Assembly: GCA_963705505.1 (NCBI GenBank)
Contig: CAVPJU010000003.1
Coordinates: 192,001-256,000, forward strand
DNA length: 64,000 nt
Source of the DNA: an uncultured bacterium
Lineage (GTDB): Bacteria > Desulfobacterota_D > UBA1144 > Nemesobacterales > UBA2774
Direction of reading: 5' to 3'
Below the pieces are notes generated by a model, which searched no databases, was not told the origin of the DNA, and saw only the letters and a list, made by a program, of their open reading frames with translations. Positions within the stretch are counted from its first letter, which is position 1; the number at the start of each line of letters is the position of its first letter. Below, piece by piece: positions 59,868-64,000 of the stretch. The translations under genes and the position numbers were made by a program.

Positions 59868-61134
59868 AGGATGCCTCCTCAAGCGGAACGTAACCCTGCT
59901 CGTCTACGGAATCTCCAACCAGCTTGAGCAGATCGTCGTTTATGTGTTTATGGTCTATGAATTCGGGGTACACGGGAAGCCTTTCCCTCAAAGTGAAACC
60001 CATTTCCTCTATAACATTCTTCATTCTTTCGAGCTTTGGCCATGGGGCTTCCGGGTTGACGTAATCTATAGTAAGCGGAGAAACACCTCCGAGGTCGTTA
60101 ACGCCCGCGTGTATGAACAGGGGATAAGTATCGGGGTTAAGGTTGGGCGGTATCTGTATGTTCATACCCTCGCCGAAAATTAGCCTGGCGATGGCCACTA
60201 TCTTTAACATATCTATAAAGTCAGGCGGCGGGTACTTCTCCATAAGAATTCCCTGCTTGGGGCTGAAATTCTGTATGATTATTTCCTGGATATGACCGAA
60301 CCCGTCGTTAAGCTCCTTAAGGGCATAGAGGGAGTCAATCCTCTCCTCCCATGTCTCGCCTATACCGACGAGTATCCCAGAAGTCCATGGAATCCGGAGC
60401 TCCCCGGCGATCTCCATAGTCTTCATCCTCTGCCTGGGCACCTTGTCGGGGCACCCGTAGTGGGCCTCCCCCCTTTTGAGCAGCCGGGGGCTTATGTTCT
60501 CGAGCATCAAGCCCATGCTCGGATTCGTTTCCCTGAAGGCCTGAAGCTCATCCCTCGTAGCCAGTCCGAGATTGGTATGAGGGAATATATTCTCCCTGAG
60601 CCCCGCCTCCCCCATCGCAATCAGGTATTCGGCAGTACTCCTGTAGCCAAGCTTCCCGAGCGCCTCGCGGTATTCGGGGTATATAAGCTCGGGTTTATCC
60701 CCCGTAACAAATAATAATTCGGTGCAGCCGAGACTTGCCCCTTTTTTCGCCATTTCCACGACTTCCCCGGGCATAAGAAATAAAGGGCCCTCCCCGGGCT
60801 CGTATTTAAAGGTGCAGTACCCGCAGCGGTTACGGCAGAGCTGCGTAAGCGGAACAAATACATTCCTCGAGAAAGTAAGCGTTCTCCCCTTCCCCCTGTC
60901 CCTGATCCCGGATGCGGCAAGAAGGAGGAACGGGATCTCTTTCCTATCCAGTCTTGAGAGCGAAATAGCGTCTTCCCGTCTCAGGGGACCGCCGTTCTCA
61001 GCCTTGAGGAGTATTTCTTCGACCCCTCCCGAAGGTTTTCTCAGGAGTTCCGACACGCCGCCAAGCATCCCGGATAAATAATCCGCGGGAGCTTTCCCCG
61101 AATAACAATCCGATTTTTTATCAAGAGAAGCCAT
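59854..61134 (-). CDS. cofG: FO synthase subunit CofG (radical SAM)
   Basis: FSRNVFVPLTQLCRNRCGYC, PHTN, SMGLMLE, QIPPNL, GGVSP..DYVNPE.PWP. Confidence 0.9.
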   Translation of the reverse strand: MASLDKKSDCYSGKAPADYLSGMLGGVSELLRKPSGGVEEILLKAENGGPLRREDAISLSRLDRKEIPFLLLAASGIRDRGKGRTLTFSRNVFVPLTQLCRNRCGYCTFKYEPGEGPLFLMPGEVVEMAKKGASLGCTELLFVTGDKPELIYPEYREALGKLGYRSTAEYLIAMGEAGLRENIFPHTNLGLATRDELQAFRETNPSMGLMLENISPRLLKRGEAHYGCPDKVPRQRMKTMEIAGELRIPWTSGILVGIGETWEERIDSLYALKELNDGFGHIQEIIIQNFSPKQGILMEKYPPPDFIDMLKIVAIARLIFGEGMNIQIPPNLNPDTYPLFIHAGVNDLGGVSPLTIDYVNPEAPWPKLERMKNVIEEMGFTLRERLPVYPEFIDHKHINDDLLKLVGDSVDEQGYVPLEEASYGAY

Positions 61135-61278
61135 TTTTCTCCCAACCAGATACATGACCGAGTACATATTTAGATTAAAGTCTTAATGAAAACGATGCCT
61201 CTGACCGATATCACCCCGGATTAAGCTATTAATGATTGCATAAACAGGCAAAACTTGTCAAGCAGAACCGGTTGACCG

Positions 61279-62205
61279 TCAGGCCTCCGAGAGCACGGCG
61301 GAAGCAAGCTTGGCCGCCTTAGCCGGGTCCGACATCAGGGTATCCATAACCAGGGGCTTAATGCCCATTTCGCTTATTCGTCCCGCCTCCCGGGCGTCTT
61401 CCCTGTCTATCACCATCACGTCGAGGAAGTCCAGATAAAGCCTCGCAATCTGTGCCGATGAAACCTCAAGCCCCAAACCCCTCATCAGCTTATCCGCGGG
61501 CCCCTTGAGGGGCATTCCCCCTATAAGGGGGCTTATGGCGATAATCTTTGCGTGAGTGTTCCTGAGGGCTTCCCCGATGCCCTTTATATTAAGTATCGGG
61601 CCTATGCTTATTATAGGGTTACTGGGACAAAGAATAATTAACCCTGCGTCCCTGATCGCCTCGATTACGCCGGGAGAGGGTTTCGCCCTTTCGATGTTTT
61701 TAAAGACCACCTTAATGACATCGGGCCTCATCCTTTGTTTAACGAGATATTCCTGAAAATGCATCTCTCCTTCGTTCGTAACTATCCATGTCTCCACATC
61801 CTCATCGGTCATGGGCATGACCCTGATATTTCCCTTTACTCCGAACGAGCTCGCTAATTTCGACGTGATTTCCGAAGGAGGGCAGCCCGACTGTCTCATA
61901 TGTGTGCGGAAAATATGGGTCGCAAAATCGACGTCCCCTATATTAAACCAGGTCTCACCGCCGAATCTCGCGAGCGCCGTGAGGCTGTTAAACGTATCAT
62001 CAACTATTCCCCACCCTTTCTGCTTATCTATATGGCCGGAAAGCCTGTATATTACGGTATCGACGTCGGGGGAAATCCTGAGTCCGTGCAAAACTATGTC
62101 GTCGCCGGTATTTACGATTATAGAAAGCGATTCATCGCCTATTACTCCAGATAGACCTTCGAGGAATTTAGCGGCCCCGACTCCTCCGCCAAGGGCAGTA
62201 ATCAT
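61279..62205 (-). CDS. cofD: 2-phospho-L-lactate transferase (F420 biosynthesis)
   Basis: GGGVGAAKF, NTGDD, SPD.D, WF.IGD.D, HFQEY, PSNP..SIGPIL, KGPA. Confidence 0.92.
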   Translation of the reverse strand: MITALGGGVGAAKFLEGLSGVIGDESLSIIVNTGDDIVLHGLRISPDVDTVIYRLSGHIDKQKGWGIVDDTFNSLTALARFGGETWFNIGDVDFATHIFRTHMRQSGCPPSEITSKLASSFGVKGNIRVMPMTDEDVETWIVTNEGEMHFQEYLVKQRMRPDVIKVVFKNIERAKPSPGVIEAIRDAGLIILCPSNPIISIGPILNIKGIGEALRNTHAKIIAISPLIGGMPLKGPADKLMRGLGLEVSSAQIARLYLDFLDVMVIDREDAREAGRISEMGIKPLVMDTLMSDPAKAAKLASAVLSEA

Positions 62206-62484
62206 TCGGGCAAACCTTCAAGAAAAGAGAAAATGAAAAGCCATTTTTTAATGGTAATTACTCCGTCTTTAGGAAGGGGTTAAGAATATTTGAGCGTGCC
62301 TGAACTGTCAAGTCAATCCGCCCCCCGATCGTCCTCTCCATAAGCGAGAGGCACGGGATAATCGGAAGATTAACAAGGATTACCGGGCGTATATGACCGG
62401 CACAAATCCCGGCTTGTTGAAACTGAAGAGGAAGTGATATAGATTTTTATAAGAATTTAGCACACAAAAGGGGAAAACTATCAC

Positions 62485-64000
62485 ATGAGTCTCAATTTTA
62501 TAAGGAACCGGAACAGCTGGTTTATAAGAGGCATTTTAATTCTTATAGCTTTTACCTTTATCATAGGCATCGGATACAGACTGAGCAATATCGGCAATCT
62601 AACGAGTGTCCCGAAGAGGGTCGCGGCAGAGGTCAACGGGGAACAAGTTAGCCTAATTAATTTCTACCTTCTCAGGGATAACCTGAAAAGGCAATTCAGC
62701 CAGAAAGGCGAAATCCCGCAGGAATACCTCAACCAAATCAACATAATCGCTCTGAATAACCTGATCAACCTAAAGCTTCTCGCTCAGAAGGCAAGGGAGC
62801 TCGGGTTCAAAGTAACGGATCAGGAGCTGGACAACGCCATTAAGTCAGACCCGAATTTCCAGATCGACGGAAAGTTCGTGGGCAGGGAGAGGTACAAGCA
62901 ATTCATCCAGCAGGCTCTCAAGCAGGACGTGGGCGAATTCGAGAATTCCTACAGAGAAAATCTGCTCGCCCAGAAACTCGCAAATTTTATAGACGAAACG
63001 ACTATTATTACAGACGAGAATTTGTTTAACGTCTACAAGAGGCAGAACGAGAAGGTAAACCTCTATTATATATCCTTCTCGGGGAAAGAGTTTATCGACT
63101 CCTACACACCGTCCGAAGAAGAGATAAAGCAGTACTATCAGGGACACAAGGCCGAATTCAAAACACCCGAGACCAGGACAATCAGGTATTTCACGCTGAG
63201 CCCCGGATCGTTTGAAAAGAATATCAAAATTCCGGACGATGAAATCAGCTCTTACTACAAGGCCTATCCGGAAGAATTCCAGTCCCCGGAAGGAAAACCG
63301 TTACCGCTTGAGGATGTAAAAAAGGACATCGAATCGAAGCTCAAGGCACAGAAGGGAGAAGCCCTCCGCCAGCAGTTCATGTCCAAGGTTGAAAATCCGG
63401 ACAAGGGAAATAGCAATATCGACGCCCTTGCGAAAGAGTACTCGGCAGATTCGATTGCCGAGAGTAAGCCGTTCTCTTCAAAGGATAACATGACAGACAT
63501 ACCGCCATCGATCACGCGTCAGGCTTTCGGGATGGAAAAAGGCAAAGTGTCGATAGTGCCGGTCGGGACCACCGTATGGGTCATGGAGGTAAAGCAGATT
63601 ATCCCTCCCCGCGAGAAACCCTTCGAGGAGTCCAAGGAGGAAGCGGCGCAATCCGTAAAACTTGAAAAATCTACTCTGCAGGCAAGGAAAAAAGCCGAGG
63701 AGACGCTAGGGAAATTAAAGACGGTCAAAAAAGAAAACCTGACGGCCGAAGCAAAAAAGCTCGGTTTGGACCTTAAGGAGACGGGCTTTTTCTCACGCAC
63801 GGAGACTGTGCCGCAGATCGATTCTCAGGAGCTGACCGTGGATGCTTTTGAGATGGGCGATAAATCGGGCGTTTCAAACAAGATTTATAATAACGGGGAC
63901 AACTTCTACATAGTTTCAATCAAAGAAATAAAAAGCGCAGACCCTGAGGATTTTAAGGGAGTTAAGGATGCACTGATGGAACAGGAGCTGCAGAACCAAC
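62485..64000 (+). CDS. ppiD: PpiD/SurA-N-type membrane-anchored periplasmic chaperone, runs off window end
   Basis: Manual translation MSLNFIRNRNSWFIRGILILIAFTFIIG (TM)...AAEVNGE...ARELGFKVTDQEL...FQIDGKF...EEEIKQYY...FKTPE...TGFFSR; not in ORF track because truncated. Confidence 0.82.
   Translation, partial: MSLNFIRNRNSWFIRGILILIAFTFIIGIGYRLSNIGNLTSVPKRVAAEVNGEQVSLINFYLLRDNLKRQFSQKGEIPQEYLNQINIIALNNLINLKLLAQKARELGFKVTDQELDNAIKSDPNFQIDGKFVGRERYKQFIQQALKQDVGEFENSYRENLLAQKLANFIDETTIITDENLFNVYKRQNEKVNLYYISFSGKEFIDSYTPSEEEIKQYYQGHKAEFKTPETRTIRYFTLSPGSFEKNIKIPDDEISSYYKAYPEEFQSPEGKPLPLEDVKKDIESKLKAQKGEALRQQFMSKVENPDKGNSNIDALAKEYSADSIAESKPFSSKDNMTDIPPSITRQAFGMEKGKVSIVPVGTTVWVMEVKQIIPPREKPFEESKEEAAQSVKLEKSTLQARKKAEETLGKLKTVKKENLTAEAKKLGLDLKETGFFSRTETVPQIDSQELTVDAFEMGDKSGVSNKIYNNGDNFYIVSIKEIKSADPEDFKGVKDALMEQELQNQ

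Noticed and set aside
1..64000. CRISPR array, IS elements, rRNA
   Set aside because: No regularly spaced repeats, transposase ORFs or rRNA signatures noticed; the only repeats seen are intragenic LysM and TPR units.

Overview
Bacterial chromosomal window, gene-dense and mostly housekeeping (dnaB, aroC, prfB, nadK, glyA-nrdR-tatD-pdxA, coaD, fmt, trpFBA, xerC-hslVU, argBDF, rimO). It probably comes from a diderm, deltaproteobacteria-like lineage; that is an impression, not a tested assignment. No rRNA, intact tRNA, CRISPR array or mobile element was seen. The standout locus is 7.9-15.3 kb. A c-di-GMP-I (GEMM) riboswitch precedes a ~919-aa three-part fusion: a PilZ domain with intact c-di-GMP motifs, a PLP-dependent alpha-oxoamine synthase (Spt/BioF/CqsA family), and a YghO/bacterial-ceramide-synthase-like GNAT region. 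Overlapping it downstream are a PDZ-multiTM-GAF sensor kinase and a REC-PAS-HK-REC hybrid kinase. This looks like a doubly c-di-GMP-gated lipid (ceramide-like) or signal synthase with its own sensory relay; the function is inference. Other points: F420/FO genes (cofD, cofG, cofH), a programmed prfB frameshift, a frameshifted tatD, a 10xLysM-NlpC/P60 hydrolase with a boxA-like leader, a zinc-finger-less ClpX paralog coupled to rimO, and a PA2779/C39/TPR module. All calls come from motif recognition by eye; no searches were run.
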